NCBI RefSeq assembly: GCF_009914755.1 | Contig: NC_060927.1 | DNA from: the human T2T-CHM13v2.0 reference genome, Homo sapiens | Direction: 5' to 3' (one strand) | DNA length: 64,000 nt | Shown: piece by piece, positions 27,832 through 41,630 of the stretch | How the letters are laid out: each line of letters begins with the position of its first letter | Position numbering within the stretch: position 1 is the stretch's first letter | Notes under the pieces: generated by a model | What the model was told of the DNA's origin: nothing | Database searches by the model: none | Seen by the model: the letters and a program-made list of their open reading frames with translations, nothing else | Position numbers and translations under genes: made by a program

Positions 27832-28222
27832 TTAGGTTGGTGCAAAGGTAATTGCGGTTATCGCCATACTTTTTTTTTTTCTTATGAGACAGAGTCTTGC
27901 TCTGTCACCCAGACTGGAGTGCACTAGTGTCATCTTGGCCCACTGAAAACTCTGCCCCCCAGATTCAAGTGATTCTCCTGCCTCAGCCTCCTAAGTAGCT
28001 GGAATTACAGTTGTGCACCACCATGCCTGGCTAATTTTTGTATTTTTAGTAGAGACGGGGTTTCACCAAGTTGGCAGGGCTGGTCTGAACCCCTGACCTC
28101 AAGTGATCCACCTGCCTCGGCCTCCCAAAATGCTGGGATTACAGGCGTGAGCCACTGTGCCTTGCCTATTATTGCCATTACTTTTAGTGGCAAAAACCAC
28201 AATTACCTTTGCACCAACCTAA
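27832..28222. mobile_element. MADE1 (Hsmar1-derived mariner MITE) split by an Alu
   Basis: Arms TTAGGTTGGTGCAAAGGTAATTGCGG and CCACAATTACCTTTGCACCAACCTAA, followed by TA. Confidence 0.93.
27870..28166 (-). mobile_element. AluS inserted in MADE1
   Basis: Antisense dimer; TSD TTATCGCCATACTT / TTATTGCCATTACTT. Confidence 0.94.
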
Positions 28223-29819
28223 TACAAAATGAGATTATATCATATATAGTGTTTTATAACTGTCCTTCCCTTCACCCCACTTACTACACCATGCACATCT
28301 TTCTATGTGATTAGGTGTCTTCTGTCTTGTAGATGTTCCATAATATATTCAATCAATATAAGATTGTTGAATGTTAGGCTGTTTCTAAATGTTTCCTTTT
28401 ATAAAACAACCAAAAAAATGTAATAAACACTCGTATCAAAATCTTCATGCATAGATTGATCTTTTGGTGACAATTCTTAGACGTTTTCATTGCCTTTTAA
28501 CTTATGTTGCTTCATTTAATGTATCCTGTCAAGCACCCTTAAATACTTTCTGGAACAAGCTGAGATAGGACTAATCTGTTGCTCAGCATCACCACCCATC
28601 AATTACCTGGGAAAAATTTTCTCGGAAGACTCAAGATACAAAGAATGATAAGAGGTGATCTCTGTGTCCTCCCGGGGTTTAAATTCGACTAGGCGAAAAC
28701 AGATGACCTATAAAAATGTGCACTAAGTGACCAAATACAAGGTTAGAGAAAAGTTTATATATAAGGTGGCATCTGAAAGCTGCCAGAGGCAACAATTCAT
28801 AAGGACAGGTTGGTACATTCAGCAAATATTTACCGTACCAAGTGTTTTGTGCACCCCGTGCTGAGGATACAATGGAGATTAAGACCCAGTCTTTGTCCCT
28901 AAGGAGCTCAAGGTCCATAGGGGGTGAATGAGTGAAGGGGAGGGTCTCAGAGTACTTACACAGATTATTGCAAAACAACCTGGCAAGTGTTCTTAGAGAC
29001 ACACAGGATTTTCTGGAAGCTTGAAGTCTGGAAGAGGGGGGCCAAAAAAGGCTTCCTGGAGTTGAGCCTAAAGGATGAAGAGAAAGCCAAACAAAAGAGC
29101 AAAAAGACCTTTTGCAGAGAGCAGTAGACAAACTTTTTGACTTTGCCCCACAGTGAGAAATTCATTTTAAATCTTGATCTAGTATAGGTACATTTTTGTA
29201 CATAAGTGAAACAAAAGTTTCATGAATTGATTGTCTAATACGTGCAAAATAATTTTACTTTCTATTTTAATTCATTAAAAAATAGTATGGTCGCAATCTA
29301 CTAAATTGTTTTGATGACCCATTCATGAGTACTTACGTGCTGATTGAACATTATAAGCCTAAACTGAGGATGGGTTTAGTGCTTGACAAAGCGAGAGTTA
29401 AATCCAAGTAGTGGCTAAAAGTCTCTGGAGTAGAACAGCCAGGTCAGGAAAAGGTCCTTGAAAAGCCCCTCTTACTTGCAAAATGAAGCATAAACATGCT
29501 CCAATTGTCATAATAAAAAGAATGAAGAACACCTTTTTGTTCTTTTGAGTGGTTTACCAAAAGCTCCCTCACCCTTTGTTATGTAGAGCTGGTACCTGGG
29601 GAGAGCTGGTACCTCTGTTTGTGGAAATTGCCTCAAATCTCTTTCCCCCAACATTCTGAGTCTTTCAGAATGGCGAGACAGGGTGACGAAGTACCTAAGA
29701 TAAAATTACCCTGAGGACAGCCTTACTAACGATTAGGTTCAACTCAAAGGGCTGAGAATTCACAAGGGTGGGCTGGTTTGGGCGCAGTGTGCGTATGATG
29801 GTCTGAACTTCCAGGTTCA

Positions 29820-29928
29820 GATGTGCTTTGGTAAGAAATGGCTGAGTACGTGCTTACCAAAGCACAGTGGATGAGAAATGTGCTTACCAAAGCACAGTGG
29901 ATGTGCTTTGGTAAGAAATGGCTGAGTA
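29820..29928. repeat. Compound exact direct and inverted repeat cassette
   Basis: 29-bp direct repeat (29820-29848, 29900-29928) enclosing two copies of a 24-mer that contains the reverse complement of TGTGCTTTGGTAAG. Confidence 0.95.
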
Positions 29929-30380
29929 TGAGAGTGTAAACGGGGAAAAAAAGCTGTAACGCTAAAGGCCATAATGAGACTTCAATGAGCTTCAGCTGGT
30001 GCCCGGATCAGTGAGGACAACTCAGTAACCAACGCTCCATCCACAAGCAGTGGTGCGGAGCCAGTCTTCAGCAGCGCCCCCGGTGTTAGTGGGAAGCAAT
30101 AGCAGTAGTAACTGATGAGCGCAGTTTCTCTGGCCTGGGGAAGAGGTGTGGTAAAATCCTTATGGACTCAGTAAGACTCTAGGAGGGTTCTTGGTCAGTT
30201 TTGTGTGTGGGGAGAGGTCTTAAAGGAATGATACAGAACATCCTGCCATTAAAGCACAGACTAGTTTAAAACGTGTAATCAGATTTGAAGTCTGAGTTTG
30301 TAGAGCAGGTATGTATGCCAGCACCATGTGGAATTTAGCCTAGGTTCATCGAATGGAGCCCATATTCTTAAGCATGCCAC

Positions 30381-30530
30381 CAGTGGTTTTTCAAGTGTGG
30401 TTTCCTGACCAGAAGCATCAGCATCTCCCAGGAACTTGTTAGAAACGCACATTCTCAGACTTCCTTCAAGACCTGCTGAATCAGAAACTCTGAGAGTGGG
30501 GCCCTGCAAGCTGGTTTCACAAGCCCCCCA
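30381..30530. mobile_element. MER5A hAT-Charlie MITE, followed by a MIR to ~30635
   Basis: CAGTGGTTTTTCAAGTGTGG...GCATCAGCATC...CTGCTGAATCAGAAACTCTG. Confidence 0.85.
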
Positions 30531-30688
30531 GATGAGGAAACTGAGGCTTGGAGAAGGTCCCACAGCTAGCCAGCAATAACCTGGATTCAAATTCAGGCAC
30601 CAGCTCCCAGGGCCCATGCTCTAAACCACTAGCACAGCGTTTCTCAAACTTTTTTGGACTAAGCCTCAGAGTTGGAAATGCAAATTAT

Positions 30689-30826
30689 TCTTATTTTAAT
30701 TTTAATTTTTAGTTCTGGGGTACATGTGCAGGATGTGCAGGTTTGTTACATAGGCAAACGCGTGCCATGGTGGTTTGCTGCACCAATCAACCCATCACCT
30801 GGGTATTAAGCCTGGCATGCATTAGC
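30689..30826 (-). mobile_element. Very short 5'-truncated L1PA inserted in a hAT-Charlie MITE (~30636-31019)
   Basis: GGGGTACATGTGCAGGATGTGCAGGTTTGTTACATAGG; TSD TGGAAATGCAAATTAT / TGGAAATGTAAATTAT. Confidence 0.9.
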
Positions 30827-31409
30827 TGGAAATGTAAATTATCTCATGGCCCAGGACACACATATAAAAGTGTTAGGAAACAATATACATTTTTTTTCCT
30901 ATTCTATTTTCTTCTATGCTCTTCTATTTCAGCTAAAAAAAGTTTTTAGCTATGGCTCACCAAATTGGTTTCACATCCCACTAATGACTGGGTTATAACC
31001 CATAGTTTGAAAACCCCTGCATGAGAACATACTATTTTACACCAAAAAAGCCAACCAGTGTGAAATAGCAAGAATGTAAGACATGGGAGATGTCATTTAA
31101 GTATGTTATTGTTAGGTACAGGTGACAAGTATTACGGTCAAACATTTGAGAGAGAGAAAAAGAGATATTGAAATAGGGGAGGTAAGAGAACTGAGGCTTC
31201 CATGGAGAGGCAGGATACAGAGTTCTAAGCCTTGAGAATGAAATAGAATTCAGAGGGAAAAAATCAGGGAAGGACACTCTAACAATCCCTAGGCCTTAAG
31301 GGATTAAAGTGGGAACTACTAAATGTCAGTATTATCATCTGTAAAATGGGGTAATAATTGTCCCTATCTAAAGGGTTTACTGTGAGGGTAGAAGAAAATA
31401 ATGCATGTT

Positions 31410-31758
<349 letters not shown>

Positions 31759-31855
31759 TCACGGGCAAAATGATGAGAACCACATAAGTAAGCATTTCTG
31801 GTAGTCATATTAAAAAAGAAAAGAGTAAACGGATGAAATTAATTTTAATAATATA

Positions 31856-32190
<335 letters not shown>

Positions 32191-33539
32191 TTATTTTGAC
32201 ACGCAATCCATAAAAAAATTATTAAGATATTGCATGTATCTTTTTCATAGTGTATCTGTGGAATCCAGTGTATATTTTACACTTGTAACTTGTCTTGATT
32301 TTGATGATCCACATTTCAAGTGTTCACTTGCTACATGTGGCTCGTGGCTGGTGTGGTGGGCAAAGTGGGCCTAGCACAGAAGTGCTCTGTAATTATTACT
32401 GTTGTTATAATTATCATCATTGTTGTTATTCAGTGTTGAGCAATGGAGTCAAGGACTTTTTGTGGGTGTGGGGTGGTGGTTGTGTGGAGTAGAGCAGCGG
32501 AACACCCTATTTGCCTGACTTCCAGAATGCCAGCTTGCTGGGATTTCAGTGCAGCTGAGGCCTCAAGCCAGTTAAGCCTATGGGTCCCAGACTCACTGGC
32601 CAGTTGGTGCCCTTCGTGCGATCCACAGACTGTTCAAGTATCCATGTTTATCATATGGTCATGTTTATACTTTTGTTTCTGGTAGGAATTAATAATTTAC
32701 TTATGATACTTAATAAAAACCAGACATCACCTCATCGGTGTTTAAACAAAAACAGTGCAATTTATCTTATTAATTCTGGTGAGGTCGTCTGTCTTCTGCT
32801 GTTGGATTTGGAGGGTGGTGTGGGCAGGCATTCTATGGGGTCTTAAGCCAAATGGTCCTTGGTCCTCAAAGTGTAAGCTTTTGGTTCATGTGGGTATGTA
32901 GTGGGTCACTGTGGGAGGTAGGATGATGGAGTGAGGCTGTGGAACCAGGACCATTGCTGGGTCGAGAGAGCTAGAATGCTCACGCAGGCAGTTGGCCTGC
33001 ATACCCAAGGAAGCCAGTGCCGGCATGTAGCTCCAAGTGAGAGCGTTGCACACTTTATAAGCATGATCTCCTCTATTCCCTCCAACTCCTCTCCGAGGTA
33101 CCCATTCTACAGAGGAGAAAACTGCAGCTCAGAGAAGTTAGGTAGCTTGCCTAGCTCCATGATGGTCAAACCTGGCCTCTCCCCCAGGGTGTGTGACTCC
33201 ACGGTCTCTGCTCTTAACCACTTTGCCACACCGGAACTTCCTCCCCAGACCTTCCTCACTGGAGCCACCCTCTCCTTGGCATGGTTTTTTTCCTGATTTG
33301 GAAGCTGACTACTAAGTCTGGTCAAGCTCTTTCCTCGCTTGTGAAGGAAAAGTACTTTCCCAAGGAAGTTGAACAGGTCCGCGTGCAGCAGTGGATACAG
33401 GTTTCCCAGCTCTCAGAAAAGAGTGGGTGGAAGGCTAGGTTTCAGCTTTTCCTTATCCTGCCAGAGGCCAGTGGCCTCCCTGTGTGGACAAAGGAGCCAG
33501 CAAGTGCTATCATATTCCACTTTAAGGATGTGGATGCCA

Positions 33540-33920
33540 CATCACCTGCTATGCTCCAGCCGCGTTCTTCTCCCTATAGTTTCTTGAATTTGCCAAGCTC
33601 TTCCCTGTCTCTTGGCCTTTGAGCTAGCTCTTTTTTCCCAGGATTCAGCTGAAGCTGAGAATATCACCTTCTCAGAGTTGCCTTCCTGACCACTACATAT
33701 AAGCAGCTCTCTATCACAACAATTTGTTTCCTTCTGGCCATTGATTATATACTTGTTCACTGGTTTACTCATCAACTGTCTGATTCCCCAGTAGAATGTT
33801 TATTTTTACAAGGGCAGAGAACACATCTGTTTGATTTACTAATGAATTTCTCACACCTAGTACACTGCCTGGCCCCAAATAGGATATCAGTTAAATATTT
33901 CTTGCACAAATGAACAAATC
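33540..33920. mobile_element. L2 LINE 3' fragment
   Basis: CACCTTCTCAGAGTTGCCTTCCTGACCAC...CCTAGTACACTGCCTGGC...AAATATTTCTTG. Confidence 0.7.
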
Positions 33921-35469
33921 AAGACGGAGATTCCCCAAGATTCATGGCCACTGTGTGAACCTGGGCAAGTTCCTTCCTTCTCTGGGGCTCAGTTTTTGCA
34001 TCTGTAAAACGGCCTTGAGATGACCTCTAAGCTTCTTTCCAGCTCTGAAATTCCACAGCTCTCTGATCTGACATTGGAAACTGCTGAGCCCCACCCCATT
34101 CAGTTATTTTGCCTTTATCGCCCAAGTATTTCTTTAGAAAAGGGGGTGGGGATGTTCTAAAGTAGCACCTTAGTTCCTTTTTGAGCATCTGGGCAATTTT
34201 CCAATGCTTATAATTGCATTAGAAACCAGCAAAGTTAACCTAGTTATTGATTCTGGAGTTTCGAGTCTCCATTGGCAAGACCAAACCCACAAGTTGGCAG
34301 CTTGGTATTCTTTTTTCTTTTCTTTCTTTCTTTTCTTTTTTTTTTTTTTTATGGTAATGTTATGAGATTACAGGTTCTGTAATCTGGATCAACAACTCTT
34401 TCACTTCATAATAAAGTTGTATTTTTAAATTTTGCTTTTGACTTTAATTGCAGCCAGGCATGAAACGAGAGAATGAGGGTGCCTTTCCAGATGAGTGCAC
34501 ATTCAAAATCATTCAAACTCTACTTGGAAGAGGAGAGGAAAATTAATAATGAGAACAAACAGGCCTTTGGAACCAGGCTCCCCCTCCTCCCTTCTTCATA
34601 AAATGAAATCCTTCTCCTCACAGAGTAAATGGAAAAAACACCAGAGCAAACAAACTGGGGAGGTGCTAGCACAATCGGTTCTTTTCGTCTTCACAGACCT
34701 TAATCAAGTGAAGACCCAACAGAACTACGTACAGGACAAAACCAGATAATTCGACATTCATTCATTCATCCCACAAATGTTTAGTGATCATTTATTCTGT
34801 GTCAGACTTTGAGCTGGGTGTGGGGATAAAACAGTGAATAAGACAGAAAAAATTCCTATCCTAATACAATAATACTATTCATGACAATAATAATAATTGT
34901 TGTTCACATTTGCTATGTGCTTAGCACAGTGAAAGAGCTCTTAGTGAATTTTCTCCCTTAGTGCCCACAACATTTTTATGAAGTAGGCACCTTTATGAGT
35001 TCTATTTACTGATGAGGAAACTGAGGCACAGGGGAATGGAGTGATTGTTCAGGATCATGTGGCTGGCCAGGGCAGCAGCAAAGATGGCTCTGGGGGCAGA
35101 GCTCTGCTACCACAGAGTTGAGTCCAACAGAGCAGGTTGGTGAGCTCATAGGCAATTCTAATATGGTTTGAGAAGTGATACGATGGGGACACAGAGAAAG
35201 GACAGGCTGGAGAGGCTGAGGAAGAATTTGTGAAAGATGTTTTGCCTACACTGTGATCTGAAGAATGAGAAAGAATAGCTAGGCAAAGATTGTGGGGCAT
35301 CTGGAAGGGCTAAAAATGTTTCAGATGGGAGAGAAGTGAAGGAGCAGGCCAAAAGGGGAAGAGAGATGAGTCTGGCAGATAGACAGGAGGCCAGATCATG
35401 AAGGGTCCAGGAAGCCAGGCTAAGACCTTTGCAACCTGGTGGTGATGGGAAGGCCCTGAAGTAGCACCA

Positions 35470-35825
35470 TGTATTAGTCTGTTCTCATGCTGCTGATAAA
35501 GACATACCCAAGACTGGGCAATTTATAAAAGAAAGATGTTTAATGGACTTACATTTCCACATGGCTGGGGAGGCCTCACAATTATGGAGGAAGGCAAGGA
35601 GGAGCCAGTCACATCTTACATGGATGGCAGCAGGCAAAGAGAGAGAACTTGTGCCGGGGAACTACTCTTTATAGAACCATCAGATCTCATGAGACTTATT
35701 CACTTTCATGAGAACAGCACAGGAAAGACTTGCCCCGATGATTCAATTGCCTCCCACCAGGTCCCTCCCACGATATGTGGGAATTCAAGATGAGACTTGG
35801 GTAGGGATACAGCCAAACCATATCA
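35470..35825 (-). mobile_element. THE1B solo LTR (ERVL-MaLR) inserted in L2
   Basis: TGTATTAGTC...CCAAACCATATCA; exact 5-bp TSD CACCA (35465-35469, 35826-35830). Confidence 0.95.
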
Positions 35826-36346
35826 CACCATGAACTTCATGCCTTGGAAGGGCTATGTCTAATGGCTATGTAGACAGAATGGGCTGGACGGTTGGAGGTA
35901 GAGAGATGAATTAGATCCAGAGGTATGGTGGTCCAACTCAAGGCTGGGGGCAGTGGTGAAGAACAGTGGTATATAGATCTGAGACAATTTGGGATGTAAA
36001 AATGATAGGACTTTGTGACAATGCAAATGTCCACTGCTGAAATCAGGCAAGTGACTTAAATGAACAACTTTGGCTGTCTGTGGTACCTGATAACTCTTGG
36101 CTTTATTTTGTGCTGTATGGACAGGGTCACATATCGGAAAAGTAGGCAACTCTCTACCCTGAGGGGTCATCTTCTCACAAGGGCCTAACCAAATGTCCCT
36201 GTGAAGAACACCCCAGCATTGATGTAACAAAGTAGCCTTTTAAGTGGTTGTTCTTTACACTGTTTTAGTCCCTCATATGAATTCCTCTGCTAATTTATAA
36301 GTAGGATAGAGTGTTTTCCCTTGTAACCACTGCTTGAAAGTGATTT

Positions 36347-36667
36347 GGCTGGGTGTGGTGGCTCACACCTGTAATGACAGCGCTTTGGGAGGACAAGACA
36401 GACAGATTGCTTGAGCTCAAGAGTTCAAAACCAGGCTGGGCAACATGGTGAAACCCCGTCTCTACAAAAAAAAAAAAAAAAAATACAAAATACAAAAATT
36501 AGCTGGGCATGGTGATGGATGACTGTCGTCCCAGCTACTCTGGAGGCTGAGGTGTGAGGATCATCTGAGCCTGGGAGTTTGAGGCTTCAGTGAGCTGTGA
36601 TTGCGCCACTGCATTCCAACCTGGGCAACAGAGTGAGACCCTGTCTCAAAAAAAAAAAAAAAAAAAA
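36347..36667 (+). mobile_element. AluJ
   Basis: Full dimer with poly-A. Confidence 0.93.
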
Positions 36668-37190
36668 GAAATTGATTTAATCAGGTATGTTGTACTTTTG
36701 CCTTGGTTATCAAGAAGTTTAGCATGAATTTTTATTCACACACCTATATTGCTTTGGAGGGTATGTACCTATTAGTAATCTACAGTTTATTGAATGTAGT
36801 ATCTGCTACTTAGGGTATAGGACTTTGAAGAGATGGGAAATAGGAAAGGGAAGTGTTGATGGAGACTTGCAGGTTAGGAACACTTTGGAAGCTGGAGCTG
36901 TGTGATGGATAAGTAGGCTTGAAACAAACCTGACTGGGGGCCATGGAAGGTCTGGCCAAGTCATCATAAAAGAGCACCAGAGTCATTGGTAGGAGAGAAA
37001 GTAGAAAGCCACTGGTCGGAGGAAAGTGGGCTAGAATGTGGCCACCCAGCCTTGTTTTCTGCCCTTGTGTTAACACAGGCAACAAAGCCACAGTTTTGAA
37101 AGACTTGAACAGCAAATTCAACATACCATGATTAGGTGAATGTCCACATGGAATGATGTTCAGGAGGCTTAGAAAGACATTCCTAGTTTC

Positions 37191-37530
<340 letters not shown>

Positions 37531-38079
37531 TTATTACATTTTGGCTGTTGGTGGCTCATTCATTGCATCAAATTATTGCCATCCCAGAAAGTCTCTGTGA
37601 AAATGTGAGTGCCCCTGAGTAGTGTCATGTAATAAGGAACAAATCATAGCAACTCAGACCTTTGAGCTGAAAGAGGCCTGTGGGATAATTGATGGCAACC
37701 CTCATATTATGGATGGGGAAACTAAGCCACAAGGAGGTTAACCAAATGAGACTAAAGTCTCAAAGCCAGTTAGTGGCAAAACTTGGATTACAATGCAGAT
37801 CTCTGGCTTCTAATAGAAGATATTTCCACATCACATGATTAGAGGCCAGTTCGTGTACTATTCCTTTCTAAAGTAACAGCCGAAAAAAGGGAATGAGATC
37901 CAGGGTGAACAGGTTTTGACAGGAAGGGAGATGAGAGTCAGTCAGGGGGACAAAAGTCCTTCCACTCCAGCCTTGTGTGTAGAGGAGAGGCCACTAAGCC
38001 TAGCCGTTCATAGTTCTCCACACCCATGTTTATTGATATTGACTCAAGCAAGCAGTGGGTTCTGGATCCAAGTGGATCC

Positions 38080-38470
38080 AATCAGAGTCCCTCCAAAACG
38101 GGACGTATGGAAGTCTCACTTCCTCTGTAAAGACTATTTGACCTATTTGACAGAGACTGCCTGCGTGTGAAGGCAACACAGAAAAAAGCAGAGCCCAAAC
38201 AAGAAAGAATGAGGAAGGTAGAGTGAGGAGGAGGGCAGGAGCAAGAAACAGATGAGAGAGTGAGAGGGAGATCAAGAGATTGAGAGAGAAAATGCAAGAG
38301 CAAGCAAGCATCTGGAAGAAATAATTTGAGTAACTGGATCCAGCTATGCCTGAAGCCAGATGCACTCTAAGACTTTTCAATTTATGGGAGCCAATAAGTA
38401 CCTTTTATTTTTTCTGTTTAAACAAGTTCAAGTTGAAGTTGTCTTACTTTTAACTGTAAAGATCCCGTTT
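38080..38470 (+). mobile_element. Old MLT1 (J-type) LTR fragment
   Basis: CTGGATCCAGCTATGCCTGAAGCCAGA...GGGAGCCAATAA. Confidence 0.65.
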
Positions 38471-38637
38471 ATAATAAGCTTTTCATATAAATCTACTTGA
38501 TATTTGCAGGCACCTTGTGAGATAGATATTATTATAATCACCATGTTATGAATGTGAAAACTGAGGCTCAGAGATGTTTAGTGATTGGCTTAAGATTATA
38601 GAGCTTTGTGAAATCAGTCTGTGCTATTCTTCATAAC

Positions 38638-38843
38638 ACGGGTGTCCCAATCTTTTGGCTTCCGTGGGCCACATTGGAAGAAGAATTGTCTTGGGCCACA
38701 CATAAAATACAATAACACTAACGATAGCTGATGAGCTAAAAAAAACCAAAAATCACAAAAAAGCTCATAATGTTTTAAGAAAGTTTATAAATTTGTGTTG
38801 TGCTGCATTCAAAGCCATGGACTGCAGGGTTGGACAAACTAGC
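38638..38843. mobile_element. MER30 hAT-Charlie MITE
   Basis: CCAATCTTTTGGCTTCCGTGGGCCACATTGGAAGAAGAATTGTCTTGGGCCACAC. Confidence 0.9.
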
Positions 38844-38874
38844 TTTACATGATCCTTCCTTTTTTTTATTTACT

Positions 38875-39047
38875 AAGGCCTCGCTGTTCAAAGCGCAATC
38901 TGTAGACCGGCAGCATTGGCATTACCTGGGGGTGTAGACAGGAATGTAGTATCTGAGGCCTCATCCCCAAAACGATTGAATCTGAATCTGCTTGTGAACA
39001 AGCCCCTCGGGTGATTGGAATACATAATGCACTTTGAGAAACACTGC
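38875..39047. mobile_element. MER5A/B MITE
   Basis: GGCAGCATTGGCATTACCTGGG...TTGAATCTGAATCTGC...TTTGAGAAACACTG. Confidence 0.75.
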
Positions 39048-41159
39048 ATTACGATCAGGGCTGACTTCAGGGTGGTGGGGTATTGAGGGTGGGTGGACAT
39101 ACCTGAGCAGTCTGGACACAGCTCTGTCCTTTCACGGCATGGTCAGGGGCCAGCCGCCCTCTTAATGCTGTTCTTCCTAGCATGGTGTGTTAATATATCG
39201 TTAGCTGCTAGGATCATGCTAAGCAGATAATCTGCTAGATAACTACACTGGTCACATGAAGTGGATGATTGGACTCTCTGAGTCTGAGCCTGGGACGCTT
39301 ACTCGATGGAGAGAGAGGCAGGCTCGTCTCCAGCTTTGTGTGGGCAGATGCTGTGCCAGCGCCCAGGCCGCGGCCTCAGGACCACAGCAAGTCTCGGCGG
39401 GAAGCCCACACGTGAGCAAGTCTCCTTTGAGGTCTGCATGTGCTGCAAGCGGAAGCCTGTGGTCAGCATGTGGCAGCTCAAATAATACGCTCCACTAGTG
39501 TGAGAAAGCCACAACACAGCACGGAGGGAACCATTCACCAGAACCTTCTATCGCGTGTCTGCCGGGCAAGGTGGCCGCTGCAGCTGGGATTGGAGCAAAG
39601 CCTCCGAGTTCACCAGTCCATACGCCCTGGAGAATCGTGTGAAAAGACAGGTGGACCATGACGAAGGAGAGCTCCTATAAACACAAGCTTAAAAAAGGCT
39701 GAAGTCTGCCTGCCTGGTTTATTTCTGCCAGCACTGGGGCTGGGTGAGAACACAGACACATCCTTCTACTTCTCCGGCTCCCTGAGAGAACATGCCAAGT
39801 TCTGAATGTCTCTAATGGAGATACCTGGCCATGCGGGGGGTTGACAGACAGAACTGTTTTGGGGACCAGTTCCAATTCCTTGGATGACTTGGTGCGTCCA
39901 CCTCAGCTTTTCTTCCATGTTCCTGGAGAAGGACCATTCATTCCTCTGAGCCCCGTGGTCCAGCACCACAGGAAGAAAAGTCTGGGAGTCACCACTCCTC
40001 TGACTTGGGAGCACATTTCGCCTCTGATGTCTTTTTCCTGAATGCATTTCAGCTTTACTCTTCTGATTCTTTCTCTCCCATCTGGTTTCTATCTGACCCA
40101 AGCAGCTGTTTTTTCCATTGAAAAGAACACATTTACCTCTTTCTTCTTCACATGCCATGTTTTCAGTTTTGAAATGCTTTTTCATATGGACTGAAACAGT
40201 CTGGATTTTCTTTTTTTTCTTTTCTTCAGGAAAAGGGAGTACCCGTATTTTGATTTGGGTATGTGCAAAGTCTTTAAGCAGACCCACAGAACAATGGCAG
40301 TGAATGTCTTCACTCCCCTAATGGCTAGGAAGCCATTCTGTTTATTCATGATCACCATGCTCCATGCACAGAAAGACTCTCAGCCATGACTAATATTAGC
40401 ACAGCACAGTATATATAACATGGTCAGTCATGTATCATAAATATTTATAAAGACCACAGGAGCTTTTCTCATAATGCAAAGAGATGTGCCCGAGAAGAGT
40501 TGAGCAGTATGTGTTGGGTGTTTTTGGAAAATGAATAGATGCCCTTTTTTCCAAATGACAAAATAACCTCCCCCGCTGACCTCCCCGCCGCACTGAATTT
40601 AAAGATAGTTGGAAGGCAAAGCTCTGGAATTTTCTCTGTTGATTGAAGTGTGGGCAGAACACTTTACCATTGGTGATGGAAGAATTTATTCCCATTTTAA
40701 GTAATGTTTACCTATCCAGCCACGCCATAGGAAAGGGGATCCAGGGAGAATTTGAAAGAGTGAGGTTTGACATTCAAGACAGCGGCCTTATAAAGGAGAG
40801 GTGCTGGGACCAAAAAGTGAGTGAAATCTCAGCTCCACCATTGTCATCTATGTAACCTCTTTGTACTCGCAGATTTCCCTTCCTTCTCAAGGTCTTCGGA
40901 CATGCTGTTACCTCTATGTGCAACACCCTTCCCCCGTTTCGTGTGGTGGTTCCTTTAGGTCTCTGCTTCAATGTCACCTCTCATAGAGGCCTTCCCTGAC
41001 CACCCTCCACCAATGCAGGCACAGTCATTTGCCTTGTTTGTTTGTTTCCTTAATTACATATCTCTTGTTATATCTTTGTTTCCTTGTTTTGAATCTACCT
41101 CACCCTCTATAAGTCTTCATAATGGTAGGTAGGGACTGTGGTTCCCCCACTTCTCATTT

Positions 41160-41630
41160 ATCTTTTTTTAAGTTGATAGACTTTATATTTTGGAACAATT
41201 TTAGGCTTACAGAAACATTGAGTAGAAAGTACAGAATTCCCATATATTTCCTCCCCCCAGCTTCTCCTGTTACTAATATCTTGAGTTAGTGTGGTACATT
41301 TGTTATGATTGATGAGCCACTATTGATGTCTTATTATCATTAACTAAAGGTCATAGTTTACTTTAGGGCTCACTGGTACATTCTATGGCCCTTGTCAAAG
41401 GTTTAATGTCATGCACCCAACATGATAGCATCATACGGAATAGTTTCACTGCCCTAAGAATAGGCTACACCTATTCATCCCTTCTTCCCTGTCCCAAACA
41501 CCTGACAACCGCTGATTTTTACTGCCTCCATAGGTTTGCCTTTTCCAGAATGTCATATGCTTGGAATCATACAATAGGTACCCTTTTCAGATAGGCTTCT
41601 TTCACTTAGCAATCCACACCTCCTCCATTT
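41160..41630 (-). mobile_element. L1MC-type 3' fragment within L2
   Basis: ATAGACTTTATATTTTGGAACAATTTTAGG...TTTTCCAGAATGTCATAT. Confidence 0.8.

Noticed and set aside
29820-29928. Repeat-spacer-like cassette considered as CRISPR or tRNA
   Set aside because: Copies are in mixed orientation, the spacers are themselves repeats, there is no cloverleaf and no cas genes
30070-30090. CTCF- or REST-like GCAGCGCCCCCGGTG
   Set aside because: Only half of either motif matches and the spacing is off by one base
39766-40287. 173-aa minus-strand ORF
   Set aside because: Non-ATG start, low-complexity Lys-rich translation of T-rich DNA, no domain
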